Below, piece by piece: positions 48,232 to 59,357 of a stretch of 62,464 bases of DNA. A program made the position numbers and the translations under genes. Source of the stretch: Bradyrhizobium sp. Lineage in GTDB: Bacteria > Pseudomonadota > Alphaproteobacteria > Rhizobiales > Xanthobacteraceae. The number at the start of each line of letters is the position of its first letter. Position 1 is the stretch's first letter. Under the pieces are notes generated by a model. That model saw nothing but the letters and a program-made list of their open reading frames with translations, ran no database searches and was not told where the DNA came from. Where the stretch lies: contig NZ_JBAVNZ010000334.1 of the NCBI RefSeq assembly GCF_049691595.1, forward strand, positions 1-62,464, read 5' to 3'.

Positions 48232-51093
48232 TCACGCCACTGTCGCGGCAGGCTTAATCAATTCTCCCAAGTCGGGTTCGCCGCAACGGGACAATACGCT
48301 CCTGCGCACCTCGTCCCGCAGTCGCAACACCGAGCCGAAATCCGTACCTGATGGCATAACAGGTTCGCCGATTTCCACGGTGACAGCGGTACGTCGGGGA
48401 AACCATTGATCGCTACGCAGCAGGGATCGCGTCCCGCGAATGGTGCCCGGCAGGACCGGAAGGTTTGCCTCGGCAGCTACCTTGAACGCACCTAGATAAA
48501 ATCCGGACAGGCCCACCCGGCGGGTGAATGTGCCTTCCGGGAAGAAGACCAGAACGCGACCCTGGCGCGCTAACGCAATCAACGCTTCGGCATCTGTGAG
48601 ACTGCCAGACACGTCATAGCGTTCAACAAACGGCATACCCAGCCGCCGCAGCAGCGGGCCTGCTATGAGCTGTCCGGATAATTCCTTCTTGGCTACGATT
48701 GCAGGTTCTCCAGGCAGCACCGCCGCCAATACGAGCGCGTCCATATAACTTGAGTGATTGAACGCAAGCATCGCTCTTCGGCTTGGAACGCGGTCGATGC
48801 CGATGATTGAGACCGAAACCCCCATTGCTGCCAGTGCGCCGCGGCCAATCCACCGGAGAGCGGACCATCGCCAAGTCATGCGCGGCAAAGCGAGTATAGC
48901 AAGTGATCCCAACAAAAAAGCACCGGCAAGGACTGACCACCACCAAGCCGCGTAGAGCAGCTCACGCGCCAATCGCCCCGATCGCCTGATCTGCGGACCG
49001 ATCCCGGAAAGCGCCAGCCGCAGGAGCTGCCACCGCAGCGGACGTCGCGTGGAGCCGACGTGACCACTCGCGTAGAGTTCCTTGGCCGCGCTGCGGCGGA
49101 TCTTGCCGCTTGATGTCTTTGGAACAGTGCTGGGTGGCGCGAGCACGACTTCGTCCGGTGGCGTTCCGGCGATGTCAGTCGTGACCTCCTGCACGCGGGC
49201 CTGCAATGCTGCGCGCGTTGCCGGGGCGGTCTCGCGCGTCTCGGCGAGAACAACGACGCGCTCGGTGCCAGAGGCCCGATCGGCGGCGCCAAAGACCGCG
49301 ACTCCGCCCTTGCGGATTCCGGCAATGCCGGCCACGGCCTCTTCGATCTCCTGGGGGTATAGATGGCGGCCCGCGCGAATGATGATGTCCTTGATACGGC
49401 CGGTGATGTAGACGTCGCCTCCGGCCATGTAGGCGCGGTCGGCGCTGTCGATCCAGCCGTCGTGAATGAGCTCGCGGGTCTTGACTTCGTTGTGGAAATA
49501 GCCGCGCGTCACGGAAGGTCCGCGAAATTCGAGCCTTCCTTCCTGCCGTTCGCCGAGCTCGTAGCCGGCCTCATCGACGATGCGGATCTCGTGTCCGGGC
49601 AGAGGCTGGCCGCATGCCACGACCTCGAGCGGTTTTGGGTCATCCGGCTTTGCCGGCGCAGCCCGCCCGTGCAGGCTGAGCTGATCGCGGTCGACGCGAT
49701 CGATGACCGGTGGTCGGCCAAGCGGCGGGAAGGCAAGTCCGACCGAGCTCTCGGCAAGACCATAGACCGGCGCCATGGCTCCTGCGGGGAAGCCATAGCG
49801 GCCAAATCGGTCGATGAACCGACGTAATGTCTGAACGCTGACGGGCTCGGCGCCGTTGGCAACCATGCGCAAGGAACCAAGATCCAATCCTTCGAGCTCC
49901 GCATCGGCTATTTTGTTGAGGCATAGCTCAAATCCGAAGTTTGGTGACGCGGAAAAGGTGGCACGGAAGCGATGGATCGCCCATAGCCAGCTTTCTGGCC
50001 GCACCAGAAAGCTCAATGGCGACATGGCATAGAGCGGCGCGGCAAAGTAGAGGCATCCGAGCCATGCGCCGATTAGACCCATGTCGTGATAGAGTGGCAG
50101 CCAGCTGACAAATATGTCAGCCGAGCTCGCTTCCATCACTCCACCCATCGCCCGGATGTTGGCAAGCAGGTTGGCATGGCTGAGCAGCACCCCTTTCGGA
50201 TCTCCGGTGCTGCCGGATGTGTACTGGATGAGCGCGATCGCATCGGGGTCCGTAACCTGCGGCAGCCCGCTGGGCTCCGTGCGGCTTTCCAGGGTCTCGA
50301 CGCTCTCGGCTGCGCTCAGCGTCTCCACCAGCGCGCGCAGCAGTCCAGCAAGCCGCCGGCCCTCGGGCGTCGTGATCAGGAGCCGGGCACCGGCGTTGCG
50401 CAAGATGCCGGCCTGGCGGCGCAGATGTTCCTCGATCTGTGAAAGTCGCATCGGAGGGTAAATCGGCACCGGAATGGCGCCGGCATAAAGAATGCCGAAG
50501 AAGGCAATGAAAAAATCGATGCTGGTTGGCAGCATCAAGGCCACGCGATCCCCAGGGACAATATCTCGAGCGATCAAGCCACGCGCCACGTTGCGTGCTT
50601 TGGTGGCGAGTTCGCCGTAGGCTAGCATGCCGAGAATCGTCGCCTCATCCTGCAATACGGTCAGATGCAGTCGGTCGGGGTGACGGGCCGCATGCCATTC
50701 CAGAACCTCGACCAGGGTCCGCGCTTCGCTTGCTGCCGGCACGGAGGGTAGAGCAGGAGCCTGCCACGTTTCGAGAGCAATTCGTTCTCGTGTCGGTTTG
50801 GCCTTTTCCAGCGCCTGCACAAGATCATGAATTGTTTCAGCCTCGCCAATGGTCTGAGCAGGCAGCCGCACGCGGAACGCGCGCTCAATTCGCAAGATGA
50901 GTTCGGTGCGACCCAGGCTGTCGATCCCCAGATCGCGCTCGATGCGGCTCGACGGACCGATCTCGATGTATCTGAAGCGTTGAGGATGCAGTTCGTGCAC
51001 AAGTGCGGCCACGACCATGATCAAATCGCGTTCGTGTAAATCTTGCCCGGTAACTTTGACAGGCGGATCTGAGCCATTAAGTCGTTCCGACAT
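48232..51093 (-). CDS. ACP - fatty acyl-AMP ligase - PlsC acyltransferase fusion
   Basis: DLGIDSLG phosphopantetheine Ser; YTSGSTGDPKG, WLPLYHDMG, YGLAE, PKTSSGK; NHSSYMD, FFPEGT. Confidence 0.92.
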   Translation of the reverse strand: MSERLNGSDPPVKVTGQDLHERDLIMVVAALVHELHPQRFRYIEIGPSSRIERDLGIDSLGRTELILRIERAFRVRLPAQTIGEAETIHDLVQALEKAKPTRERIALETWQAPALPSVPAASEARTLVEVLEWHAARHPDRLHLTVLQDEATILGMLAYGELATKARNVARGLIARDIVPGDRVALMLPTSIDFFIAFFGILYAGAIPVPIYPPMRLSQIEEHLRRQAGILRNAGARLLITTPEGRRLAGLLRALVETLSAAESVETLESRTEPSGLPQVTDPDAIALIQYTSGSTGDPKGVLLSHANLLANIRAMGGVMEASSADIFVSWLPLYHDMGLIGAWLGCLYFAAPLYAMSPLSFLVRPESWLWAIHRFRATFSASPNFGFELCLNKIADAELEGLDLGSLRMVANGAEPVSVQTLRRFIDRFGRYGFPAGAMAPVYGLAESSVGLAFPPLGRPPVIDRVDRDQLSLHGRAAPAKPDDPKPLEVVACGQPLPGHEIRIVDEAGYELGERQEGRLEFRGPSVTRGYFHNEVKTRELIHDGWIDSADRAYMAGGDVYITGRIKDIIIRAGRHLYPQEIEEAVAGIAGIRKGGVAVFGAADRASGTERVVVLAETRETAPATRAALQARVQEVTTDIAGTPPDEVVLAPPSTVPKTSSGKIRRSAAKELYASGHVGSTRRPLRWQLLRLALSGIGPQIRRSGRLARELLYAAWWWSVLAGAFLLGSLAILALPRMTWRWSALRWIGRGALAAMGVSVSIIGIDRVPSRRAMLAFNHSSYMDALVLAAVLPGEPAIVAKKELSGQLIAGPLLRRLGMPFVERYDVSGSLTDAEALIALARQGRVLVFFPEGTFTRRVGLSGFYLGAFKVAAEANLPVLPGTIRGTRSLLRSDQWFPRRTAVTVEIGEPVMPSGTDFGSVLRLRDEVRRSVLSRCGEPDLGELIKPAATVA

Positions 51094-51105
51094 CGCTCCG
51101 TTCCA

Positions 51106-52908
51106 TCAATCTGCTTCCCGTTCGAGAACACAACAGTGCGGAGCCTCGACGCCAGCTGCTCCTTCGCTCAACACTGTCCCTGTAGTCGGGTTGGGGCGAA
51201 AGGTCGTGCAGCCCTTCAGGCCCTGATCATACGCGAGATCATAAATCTGCTTGAACTCACTGAAAGGACAATCTGGCGGGACGTTGATGGTCTTCGAAAT
51301 CGAGTTGTCGACGAATGGCTGCAGCGCCGCCTGCATGGCGATGTGAGCGCGAACGGAAAGCTCTGAGGCGGTGATGAAGCCGCCGGGCAGTCCTTTGGCC
51401 TGGGCGCTCTTCTCGCGCCACCGGCGAAGTGCATAGTCGGTGAGCACGAAGTCCTTTGCCGTTCCGTTCTCGACGAGCACCTTGCGATTGTAGGAGGCGG
51501 CAAAGATCGGCTCGAGTCCACTGGACACATTGCCGCCAAGCAGGCTGATCGTGCCGGTCGGCGCAATCGCAATCAAATGACTGTTGCGGATGCCATGTGC
51601 GGAGATCCCTTGTTGGATGTCCTGTGGCAGGTTCCGAATGAAGGGGCTCTGCAAATACTTGTCGGGTTCGAAATAGGGGAATCTTGTCTTTTCTTTCGCA
51701 AGCGCAACGGACGCGCGGTAAGCCGCATGACAGATGCAACGCATGATGTCGGCAGCCAATGAGAGCGAGCGATCGCTGCCGTAAGTGAGGCCAAGCATGA
51801 CGAAGACATCGGCGAGCCCGGTAATGCCGAGGCCGATGCGCCGCGAATGATGCGCATTCTCGGCCTGCTCGGGAAGCGGAAATCGCGATGCATCGATGAC
51901 GTTATCGAGCAGCCGCACAGCGATCTGCGCAGTCTCCGCGATGCTTTCAAAATCGATACGGGCTTCTTGCGTGAATGGCGACCGCACAAAGCATGTCAGG
52001 TTCAGTGAGCCGAGATCGCAGGCCCCATATGCGGGCAGCGGGATTTCACCACAGGGATTTGTGGCAGTGATCCGCTCGCAATACCAGAGATTGTTGAGCT
52101 GATTGATACGGTCGATGAAAAGCACGCCGGGCTCCGAATAATCATATGTGGCCTGCAGAATGCGATCCCAAAGTTGTCGCGCACGGACACCCCGGATGAC
52201 ACGGCAGGGCACCGCCCGAGCTTGGCCCGGCCATTCGCGCAAGACGGTCTCGCCATCTCCGTCGAATGCTGCGGCAGGAAACACCAATGGCCATTCGGCA
52301 TGGCTGCGCACGGCTGCCATGAACGCATCCGTCACCTGGATCGACAGGTTGAACCGGCGCAACTGTCCCGGCTGTTGCTTGGCAGCGACGAACTCTTCGA
52401 TGTCGGGATGATCGCAGCGCAGCGTCGCCATCATGGCGCCGCGTCGGGCGCCGGTCGACAGGATGGTCCCGCACATGGCTTCCCAGACCTGCATAAAGGA
52501 TACCGGACCGGAGGCAACGGTTCCGGCGCTCTTCGCCAGTGTGCCACGGGGCCGCAGGGTCGAGAAATCCAGTCCAATGCCGCCGCCCTGCTGCATCGTG
52601 ACTGCGCCCTGCTGCAAGGCTTTAAAAATGCCGGGGATCGAGTCTTCGATCGGTCCCATCACGAAGCAATTGAAGAGTGTGACGTTTCGCGTCGTTCCGG
52701 CGCCGGCCTGAATGCGGCCGCCAGGCAGAAACTTGAAGTCTTGCAGGACGCGGAAAAACCGGGCTTCCCAACCGATGGGATCGCTGGACTCGACGGCCGC
52801 GAGCGCGCAGGCAATCCGACGCCAGCTATCGGTGATCGTGCGCTCGTGCGCGTACCGGTACTTGGTCTCCCAGATGTGGTGGGAAATATCGGCCATAGGT
52901 TCGTTCAT
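51106..52908 (-). CDS. nrdJ: Class II (adenosylcobalamin) ribonucleotide reductase
   Basis: FLPGGRI, LFNCFV, TNPCGEIPL, ACDLGS, IAPTGTIS, SISKTIN, KGCTTFR, C-terminal HCC. Confidence 0.95.
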   Translation of the reverse strand: MNEPMADISHHIWETKYRYAHERTITDSWRRIACALAAVESSDPIGWEARFFRVLQDFKFLPGGRIQAGAGTTRNVTLFNCFVMGPIEDSIPGIFKALQQGAVTMQQGGGIGLDFSTLRPRGTLAKSAGTVASGPVSFMQVWEAMCGTILSTGARRGAMMATLRCDHPDIEEFVAAKQQPGQLRRFNLSIQVTDAFMAAVRSHAEWPLVFPAAAFDGDGETVLREWPGQARAVPCRVIRGVRARQLWDRILQATYDYSEPGVLFIDRINQLNNLWYCERITATNPCGEIPLPAYGACDLGSLNLTCFVRSPFTQEARIDFESIAETAQIAVRLLDNVIDASRFPLPEQAENAHHSRRIGLGITGLADVFVMLGLTYGSDRSLSLAADIMRCICHAAYRASVALAKEKTRFPYFEPDKYLQSPFIRNLPQDIQQGISAHGIRNSHLIAIAPTGTISLLGGNVSSGLEPIFAASYNRKVLVENGTAKDFVLTDYALRRWREKSAQAKGLPGGFITASELSVRAHIAMQAALQPFVDNSISKTINVPPDCPFSEFKQIYDLAYDQGLKGCTTFRPNPTTGTVLSEGAAGVEAPHCCVLEREAD

Positions 52909-53006
52909 CCAGGACCTCTGACCGGCCGGAACGCCATCAAACAGGCTTCGGGCCGGCATTCTTGGGTCTCAGTATCGCATTGTCCATCGGATCGCCTTTC
53001 TTGCGT

Positions 53007-53020
53007 CTGATCTGCATCAA
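53007..53020. promoter_or_regulatory. FNR-like box CTGATCTGCATCAA
   Basis: One mismatch from consensus; ~100 bp upstream of nrdJ. Confidence 0.6.
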
Positions 53021-53252
53021 GGCCGCGGGTGCCGCCCTTCGGTGCACGCTTGCCCCTTACGCACACCGCCACCACATGGAGTCGTAATTTGCAGGCTACC
53101 GACGGGAGCATTGCCTCGATCTGAGAGGCCCACGGTTAGGTATCGCGACCGATCGCAAGCGGCAATTTCCAAAGCTGCTGCCGTCCGTCAGCAGCAAACG
53201 CGCATCGCGTGTCGTTGAAACTGCCGGCCACAAGTTCAAGCCGGCAAGAACC

Positions 53253-53266
53253 TTGACGCAAGTCAA
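53253..53266. promoter_or_regulatory. FNR/FixK box TTGACGCAAGTCAA
   Basis: 58 bp upstream of the USP gene. Confidence 0.8.
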
Positions 53267-53323
53267 AGGTTTCCCTGCATCACGTGGGCTTAATACTCCG
53301 TCACCGCACGCCGGGAAGCCGCC

Positions 53324-54145
53324 ATGTCCTATGCAATGCTAATGGTCTATGTGAATGTCGACCACGTCTCGAAACAGCTTGTCAGCGTCGCCGCAGGCCT
53401 CGCTGACAAATTCTCGGCAAAGCTGATCGGGGTATCGGCGCTTGCGATCGTGCCGCCGTTCGTGGCGGAGGGTGTGGTGATCGTCGACAATGCATCGGAA
53501 TTCCAGATCGCGCAGATGAAGACAAAACTCGCTGAGGCCGGAGACAACTTCCGTTCAGCCGCGGGAGCCGGCCGTCAGACTGAGTGGCGATCGGCGCTCG
53601 AAATCCCCACAGATACTCTGATCACTGAAGCGCGATGTGCCGATTTAGTCGTGATCGAAAGAAATAGACGTTCGATAGATTTTTACAAGGTCCCTGATTG
53701 CGGGGCGGCAATTCTCGGAGCAGGGCGCCCCGTCCTCGTGGTGCCTGGGGCAGTGAAATCGCTTACTGCTGACCACGTCGTCGTCGGGTGGAGGGATACG
53801 CGCGAGGCACGGCGCGCGATTTGGGACGCGCTCCCATTCCTGCACCAGGCGAAGCGCGTAACGGTCATCGAAATCTGCGAGAATGATCAAAAGGAAGCAG
53901 CGCGTCATCACGTCGATGATGTCGTGCTCTACTTGGCGCGACACAGAGTAATGGCCGAAGGTCGTGTCGAAACGCAGCTGCTGGGGTCAGGTGCCGATCA
54001 GATCATCCAGTTAGCCGAGGACGAGGGGGCCGACCTGCTTGTGACCGGGGCATACGGCCATAGTCGGCTTAACGAATGGATATTCGGTGGAATCACCCAC
54101 GATCTGCTGACTTCAAGTCCGATCTGCTGCCTGATGTCTCATTGA
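53324..54145 (+). CDS. Tandem universal stress protein
   Basis: AGRPVLVVP, WRDTREARRA, GAYGHSRLNEWIFGGIT. Confidence 0.92.
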   Translation: MSYAMLMVYVNVDHVSKQLVSVAAGLADKFSAKLIGVSALAIVPPFVAEGVVIVDNASEFQIAQMKTKLAEAGDNFRSAAGAGRQTEWRSALEIPTDTLITEARCADLVVIERNRRSIDFYKVPDCGAAILGAGRPVLVVPGAVKSLTADHVVVGWRDTREARRAIWDALPFLHQAKRVTVIEICENDQKEAARHHVDDVVLYLARHRVMAEGRVETQLLGSGADQIIQLAEDEGADLLVTGAYGHSRLNEWIFGGITHDLLTSSPICCLMSH

Positions 54146-54253
54146 GGGACGTTTGGTCGTGCCCGGCAGCAACCATGCTGCAATGAAGAGCGAATGAAAA
54201 TCCCGTGTGCGCGAGGCGGCAAAAAGCTTTGCGGTGTGACCGCTCGCATCAAT

Positions 54254-54284
54254 ATTCGGTCATTGTACAATTCGGTCATTGTAC
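54254..54284. repeat. 16-bp tandem duplication ATTCGGTCATTGTAC(A)
   Basis: Read directly. Confidence 0.85.
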
Positions 54285-54329
54285 CTCGCTCAAGCCGTCA
54301 CAAAATGATATAATTACAGTTGATGATCG

Positions 54330-54430
54330 TTGATGCAGCTCAATCGTGACGCATATCGCGGAGCGGATTCACGTCTGAATACCGCTCGACGGCGGCCTCT
54401 GATGCCGCAGCTCAGATTGCGTGAGATCAA
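54330..54430. promoter_or_regulatory. Two FixK2-type boxes (TTGATGCAGCTCAA 54330-54343; TTGCGTGAGATCAA 54417-54430)
   Basis: Upstream of the ADH remnant and ABC exporter. Confidence 0.65.
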
Positions 54431-54486
54431 TGCGGCTCGTCTGTTCACCGTCGAGGATACTCCTGATAGGCTTTGGAGACGAACTG

Positions 54487-54795
54487 ATGAGCAAGATGAG
54501 AGCTGCAATTTTCGTCGAGCCTGGACGGATCGTCCTCGAAGATAAGCCGATTCCACACGTTGGACCACTCGACGCACTGGTGCGCGTAACGGCCATCACG
54601 ATATATGGAACTGATGTGAATATTGTGAAGGGTAAATATCCCGTCCGCAAAGGTTTGACGATCGGGCACGGGCCCATCGGCGTGATCGAAAAACTCGGCA
54701 AAGCTGTCACTGGCCATGCGGAAGGGCAACGTGGCCAATTTCCAGGTGGGCGGGCCTATCGCTCGCTCGGTCGAACAGTGCCGCAAGGGAAATGA
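54487..54795 (+). pseudogene. Zn-dependent alcohol dehydrogenase N-terminal remnant
   Basis: MRAAIFVEPGRI..TIYGTDVN..GHGP (Zn ligand motifs CGTD-H and GHE degenerate); similarity ends after ~85 aa. Confidence 0.85.
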
Positions 54796-56060
54796 TGGAT
54801 AGTTCCGTTGGGCCTTCTGTGGACCGCCGATTGTCGTCAGAATTCAGGTTTCTGAAATCTGCCTGGTCGCACAAATGGTTCATCTTCGCCGTCTTTCTCG
54901 CTCTGGGCGTCGGCGTTTGGCAGGGCGTGCGGCTGATATGGGGCCCTGCCGTCGTCGTCGATCAGGTCAGGCGCGGCAATCTGGTGGAGACCGTCGTCGC
55001 TAGCGGCCATGTGGAGACACCTTTCCGGGTCGAGATCGGAAGCCAGATCACCGGCACGGTCAATGACGTGCTGGTTCAGGAGGGCGAGCGGGTCCACAAG
55101 GCCCAACCTTTAATATCGCTGGAGGCGCGCGAACTGAAAGCAGCCGTAGTGCAAGCACAGGGGGCGGTTGCCCAGGCCGAAGCGCGAATGCGGCAACTTG
55201 ATGAACTGACGCTGCCCTCGGCGCGCGAGGCGCTGACGCAGGCACAGGCAAACCTGCTGAACGCCCAGCAGACTTTCGACCGTACGTCGCAACTGGCGAA
55301 GAACGGCTATGCCACGCGCGCCGCGCTTGACGATGCGCAGAAGGTTCTCGACGTCGCGCGAACCCAGGTGCGAACAGCGGCATTTCAGGTCTACACCGCA
55401 AGCCCTGGCGGTAGCGATTACGTGATGGCGCAGACCCTGCTTAATCAGGCGCATGCCAATCTCGAAACCACGGAGTCGCGCCTCAGCTATGCCACCATCT
55501 CGGCGCCGCGTAACGGTGTGCTGATCACGCGCAATGTCGAGCGTGGCGCGGTGGTGCAGCCGGGCAAGGCGCTCCTGGTGCTCGCGCCTTCAGGCGAAGT
55601 TCAACTGGTGCTGCAGATCGACGAGCGCAATCTCGGAAAAATATCGCTGGGTCAGAAGGCATTGGCTTCGGCGGATGCCTATCCGGATCAGAGATTCGGC
55701 GCGGTCGTCTCCTACATCAATCCGGGGATCGACATCACCCGCGCCTCCGTCGAGGTAAAACTCGCGGTGGCCGATCCGCCGGACTATCTGCGGCAGGACA
55801 TGACCGTCTCGGTCGATATCGAGATCGCCGCGAAAGACAATACGCTGGTACTTCCGATCCGCTCCGTGCATGACGTGCTGTCCGGCCAGCCTTGGGTGCT
55901 CGGCATCAGGGATGGCCGCGCCGTCAAGCGGCCGCTCCGGCTCGGGTTGCGCGGCAATACCCAGCTCGAAATTCTGGAGGGGATGGCCGAGGGCGAGGTC
56001 GCGATTCCCCTGAATTCCGGGGTGCTCATGGGCCAGAGCGTGCGAGCCGTAGTGCCATGA
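54792..56060 (+). CDS. Periplasmic adaptor (HlyD/MacA-like membrane fusion protein)
   Basis: N-terminal TM, GSQITGTV..EGERV, coiled coil, ISAPRNG. Confidence 0.92.
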   Translation: MMDSSVGPSVDRRLSSEFRFLKSAWSHKWFIFAVFLALGVGVWQGVRLIWGPAVVVDQVRRGNLVETVVASGHVETPFRVEIGSQITGTVNDVLVQEGERVHKAQPLISLEARELKAAVVQAQGAVAQAEARMRQLDELTLPSAREALTQAQANLLNAQQTFDRTSQLAKNGYATRAALDDAQKVLDVARTQVRTAAFQVYTASPGGSDYVMAQTLLNQAHANLETTESRLSYATISAPRNGVLITRNVERGAVVQPGKALLVLAPSGEVQLVLQIDERNLGKISLGQKALASADAYPDQRFGAVVSYINPGIDITRASVEVKLAVADPPDYLRQDMTVSVDIEIAAKDNTLVLPIRSVHDVLSGQPWVLGIRDGRAVKRPLRLGLRGNTQLEILEGMAEGEVAIPLNSGVLMGQSVRAVVP

Positions 56061-57283
56061 ACCGATGGCTGCCGTTCGAATGGATCACGGCAGTGCGGTT
56101 TCTGCGGGAGGGCCGGCTGCAGACCCTGTTCATCATCGGCGGCATCGCGATCGGCGTCGGCGTCATTGTCTTCATGTCGGCGATGCTGGCCGGGCTGGAA
56201 GCGAATTTCATCAGGCGCGTTCTCACCTCGCAGCCGCAAATCCAGTTGCTGGCGCCCGATCAGGTCGCGCGCCCGCTGCACAATGGCGTGGGCGAATTCG
56301 AGGATGCGACCGTGCAACGCCCGAGCCAGCGGGTGATCTCGATCGACCAATGGCCGAAGATTCGCAATCAGATGCTGGCCATGCCTGAAGTGACCGCGGT
56401 TTCTCCCACCATCCTCGGCTCCGCGCTCGCGGTGCGGGGCGACGCCAGCCGTGCGATCAATCTTTCCGGCATCGAGCCGGACTCGTACTTCAGGATCGTC
56501 AGGGTTCCGGATTATATTGTCGCGGGCGAGCCTCGACTATCCAGCGAGGACATTATTATCGGCCTCGAACTCGCCAAGGATCTCGGCGCCACCGTCGGCG
56601 ACAAGCTGAACATCCGGGCGGCTTCCGGCGCCAACCGCGTGCTGACGATTTCAGGCCTGGTCGATCTCGGCAGCAAGGGCGCCAACCTGCGCAATACATA
56701 CGTGGCGTTGCGTACCGCACAGTCGCTGCTTGGCATGATCGGCGGCGTTACCACCATCGACATGACGGTTGCGGATATCTACGCCGCGGAGGAAATTGCC
56801 AAGCGCATTCAGGCGGCCAACGCCGTCGAAGCCGATAGCTGGATCAAGACCAACGCGCAGTTCTTCACCGCGGTTCGGGCGCAGGAAACCTCCAATACCT
56901 TGATCAGGCTGTTCGTCGCACTGTCGGTGGCGTTCGGCATCGCCGCCGTGCTGATCGTCTCGGTGATCCAGCGATCGAAGGACATCGGCATTCTGCGCGC
57001 CATGGGCACATCGCGCGGCCAGATTTTACGGGTGTTCCTGCTGCAGGGCGGCTTGCTCGGCTTCGTCGGCTCGCTGTTCGGCGCCGCCATGGGGGCATTC
57101 GCTTTGATTTACTGGCATTCGGTGGCTCGGCAACCCGATGGATCGGAATTGTTCCCGCTGATCCTGGAGCGGAAATTGTTCATCTTAACCGCGCTGCTGG
57201 CGACATTGACGGGATTGCTCGCGGCTACCGCGCCGGCGGTGCGAGCGGCTAAACTCGATCCGGTGGTAGCGATCCGTGGCTGA
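56057..57283 (+). CDS. ABC transporter permease (MacB/FtsX/LolE-like)
   Basis: [29 protein letters not shown]. Confidence 0.92.
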   Translation: MNRWLPFEWITAVRFLREGRLQTLFIIGGIAIGVGVIVFMSAMLAGLEANFIRRVLTSQPQIQLLAPDQVARPLHNGVGEFEDATVQRPSQRVISIDQWPKIRNQMLAMPEVTAVSPTILGSALAVRGDASRAINLSGIEPDSYFRIVRVPDYIVAGEPRLSSEDIIIGLELAKDLGATVGDKLNIRAASGANRVLTISGLVDLGSKGANLRNTYVALRTAQSLLGMIGGVTTIDMTVADIYAAEEIAKRIQAANAVEADSWIKTNAQFFTAVRAQETSNTLIRLFVALSVAFGIAAVLIVSVIQRSKDIGILRAMGTSRGQILRVFLLQGGLLGFVGSLFGAAMGAFALIYWHSVARQPDGSELFPLILERKLFILTALLATLTGLLAATAPAVRAAKLDPVVAIRG

Positions 57284-57959
57284 GGAAATCCTGCGATTGG
57301 AAAAAGTTTGCAAGGCCTACAATATCGGGCAGCCGTCCGAGATCGAGGTGCTGCATGACATCGACCTGAGGCTGGAGCACGGCGAATTTCTGGCGCTGAT
57401 GGGACCGTCCGGTTCCGGCAAGAGCACGCTTCTCAATATCGTGGGGCTTCTCGACCGGCCGACTTCCGGCCGGCTCACGATCAAGGGCCAGGACACCGGC
57501 ACCCTCGGAGATGCGGAAATCACTCATTTGCGCGGGCACACGATCGGTTTCGTGTTCCAGTATCATCTTCTGATCTCGGCCTTCACGGCGCGTGAGAACG
57601 TGATGATGCCGATGCTGGTGGATCGCGGCTTTCCCAGTGCCGATATCGAGAAGCGGGCGAGTGACCTTCTGGTGCAGGTTGGCCTCGAAAAAATTGCCGA
57701 CAATCCAGCCCTGAACATGTCGGGCGGCCAGCAGCAGCGGGTGGCGATCGCGCGCGCGCTGGCGATGAACCCGGATCTGGTGCTGGCGGATGAACCGACC
57801 GGGAACCTTGATTCAAAATCGGCCCACGGCGTCTTTGAATTGATGCGCCAGGCGAACCGCGAGAGTGGCACCAGCTTTTTGCTGGTCACCCACAACCTTG
57901 ATCTGGCGCGTCGCTGCGATCGTATCATTGAAGTTGTCGACGGCAGGGTTCAAGTGTAG
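57276..57959 (+). CDS. ABC transporter ATP-binding protein (LolD/MacB-like)
   Basis: [37 protein letters not shown]. Confidence 0.95.
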   Translation: MAEEILRLEKVCKAYNIGQPSEIEVLHDIDLRLEHGEFLALMGPSGSGKSTLLNIVGLLDRPTSGRLTIKGQDTGTLGDAEITHLRGHTIGFVFQYHLLISAFTARENVMMPMLVDRGFPSADIEKRASDLLVQVGLEKIADNPALNMSGGQQQRVAIARALAMNPDLVLADEPTGNLDSKSAHGVFELMRQANRESGTSFLLVTHNLDLARRCDRIIEVVDGRVQV

Positions 57960-58118
57960 TCCGCTGGCTGCAAATTCAGCCTACGCGTTGTCATCTCTTA
58001 CGGTTCAAGGCAACGATCATCATTGGTCTTCATCCGGTGCATCGAACGCAATATCTTTCAAAGCCGCTAAACGAAACCGTGAGCCGAATGAGATATTGGA
58101 GCCCACTTGACGTCGATC

Positions 58119-58293
58119 GGCCGGCCTCTAGGAATTTTTGCGGACTGGTCAGGCCGTGGCGAACGAAACTTCGATGCTGTTCTTTGCCGTGGTCTGGGAA
58201 CAGCGGGCTGGTTGCAAACCAGCAAAAACATTCGGCATCGCTCCGCTTGGCCAGATCGATGCCGAGTTCCTCAGAATAAAGCGGGCTGCGCTC
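58119..58293 (-). pseudogene. Frameshifted remnant of a conserved protein (possibly HhH-GPD-like)
   Basis: ERSPLYSEELGIDLAKRSDAECFCWF in one frame and SFVRHGLTSPQKFLEAG in another; family assignment from memory only. Confidence 0.45.
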
Positions 58294-58519
58294 CGAGCAC
58301 TGTCCGAAAGCGCAGGACCCGCACCACCTGCCCGTCGAACCGGAGTCTCCTCCGGGGTGCTCGGACAGAATGGCTACGGGTCCCTCCGCCGCGCTTCATC
58401 GGTAGATTGGTTCATCGCGTAGGCAGATCTACGCCCGTAGACGCTTCACTGCCGTGCTTCGCCGATCTTGCCTCGGCACGACGGTAGCATCAGTTGACCG
58501 CACGGGCTGAGCGGCCCTT

Positions 58520-58608
58520 TTGATCTCAATCAAGTCCATTCATGTATCTTGTTTTTGCCGGTGACGGCGAAACCCGCAAGAGGATACGGACGGATTGACC
58601 TTTCTCAA
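58520..58608. promoter_or_regulatory. Two FNR/FixK boxes (TTGATCTCAATCAA 58520-58533; TTGACCTTTCTCAA 58595-58608)
   Basis: Consensus boxes with no intact gene immediately beside them. Confidence 0.65.
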
Positions 58609-58897
58609 TTAGACGGTGCCCAAATCCCCGTCTAATTTCGGCGTTCTGTCAGAGAGAAAATGATCGCCCCACCGATGCGGTAGCGGTGATAGAGCGAGCG
58701 GGCACGAAGCCCGACGACAACAATAAAATGTGATTGGGGCGGGACCGTTCCTTCGATCGACGTTGCCGCAACCTGAACTGCGCTGGCCCGATTCCCGAGA
58801 GGTCCGGCGTCACCTGTGTAAACACCTAAGGCAGCGGATCCGCCATCTTGGCCTGGATAATTATTCACCCTGACGGTTGCCGCGCATCACCCCTCAA

Positions 58898-58911
58898 TTG
58901 ATTGAAGTCAA
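58898..58911. promoter_or_regulatory. FNR/FixK box TTGATTGAAGTCAA
   Basis: 54 bp upstream of the GYD gene. Confidence 0.8.
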
Positions 58912-58964
58912 ATCCCGCTCTTCGAGGGTCGGTATTCTGACTACCCGATATCGGAGGCAATGCC

Positions 58965-59273
58965 ATGCCGACCTTCATCATGTTGACGCGACTGAATCCC
59001 GATGCGGTGCGCTCGCCGAGAGGGCTTGAACAACTCGAGCGCGATGCCATGAAGCGCGTTCGGGAGGAATGCCCAGACGTCGAGTGGCTGAGCAGCTATG
59101 CGGTGCTGGGGCCGTGCGATTATCTCGATGTCTTCATGGCCGACGACATCGAGAGCGCGGCGCGTGTTTCCACGCTCGTTCGGACATTCGGCCATGCCCA
59201 GACCGAAATCTGGACGGCGACGGAATGGGACCGGTTCAAAGAAATCGTCCGCACGTTGCCCGGACCAGGCTGA
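58965..59273 (+). CDS. GYD domain protein
   Basis: MPTFIMLTRL..YAVLGPCDYL..TEIWTA; GGAGG RBS. Confidence 0.85.
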   Translation: MPTFIMLTRLNPDAVRSPRGLEQLERDAMKRVREECPDVEWLSSYAVLGPCDYLDVFMADDIESAARVSTLVRTFGHAQTEIWTATEWDRFKEIVRTLPGPG

Positions 59274-59357
59274 TCGAGTCACGGCTTTGGTTGAACTCGG
59301 CCAATTGCTGTGGGTGACCCGAGGCATCGATCGGGGTTCCTTAAGTTCGCCCTATGG

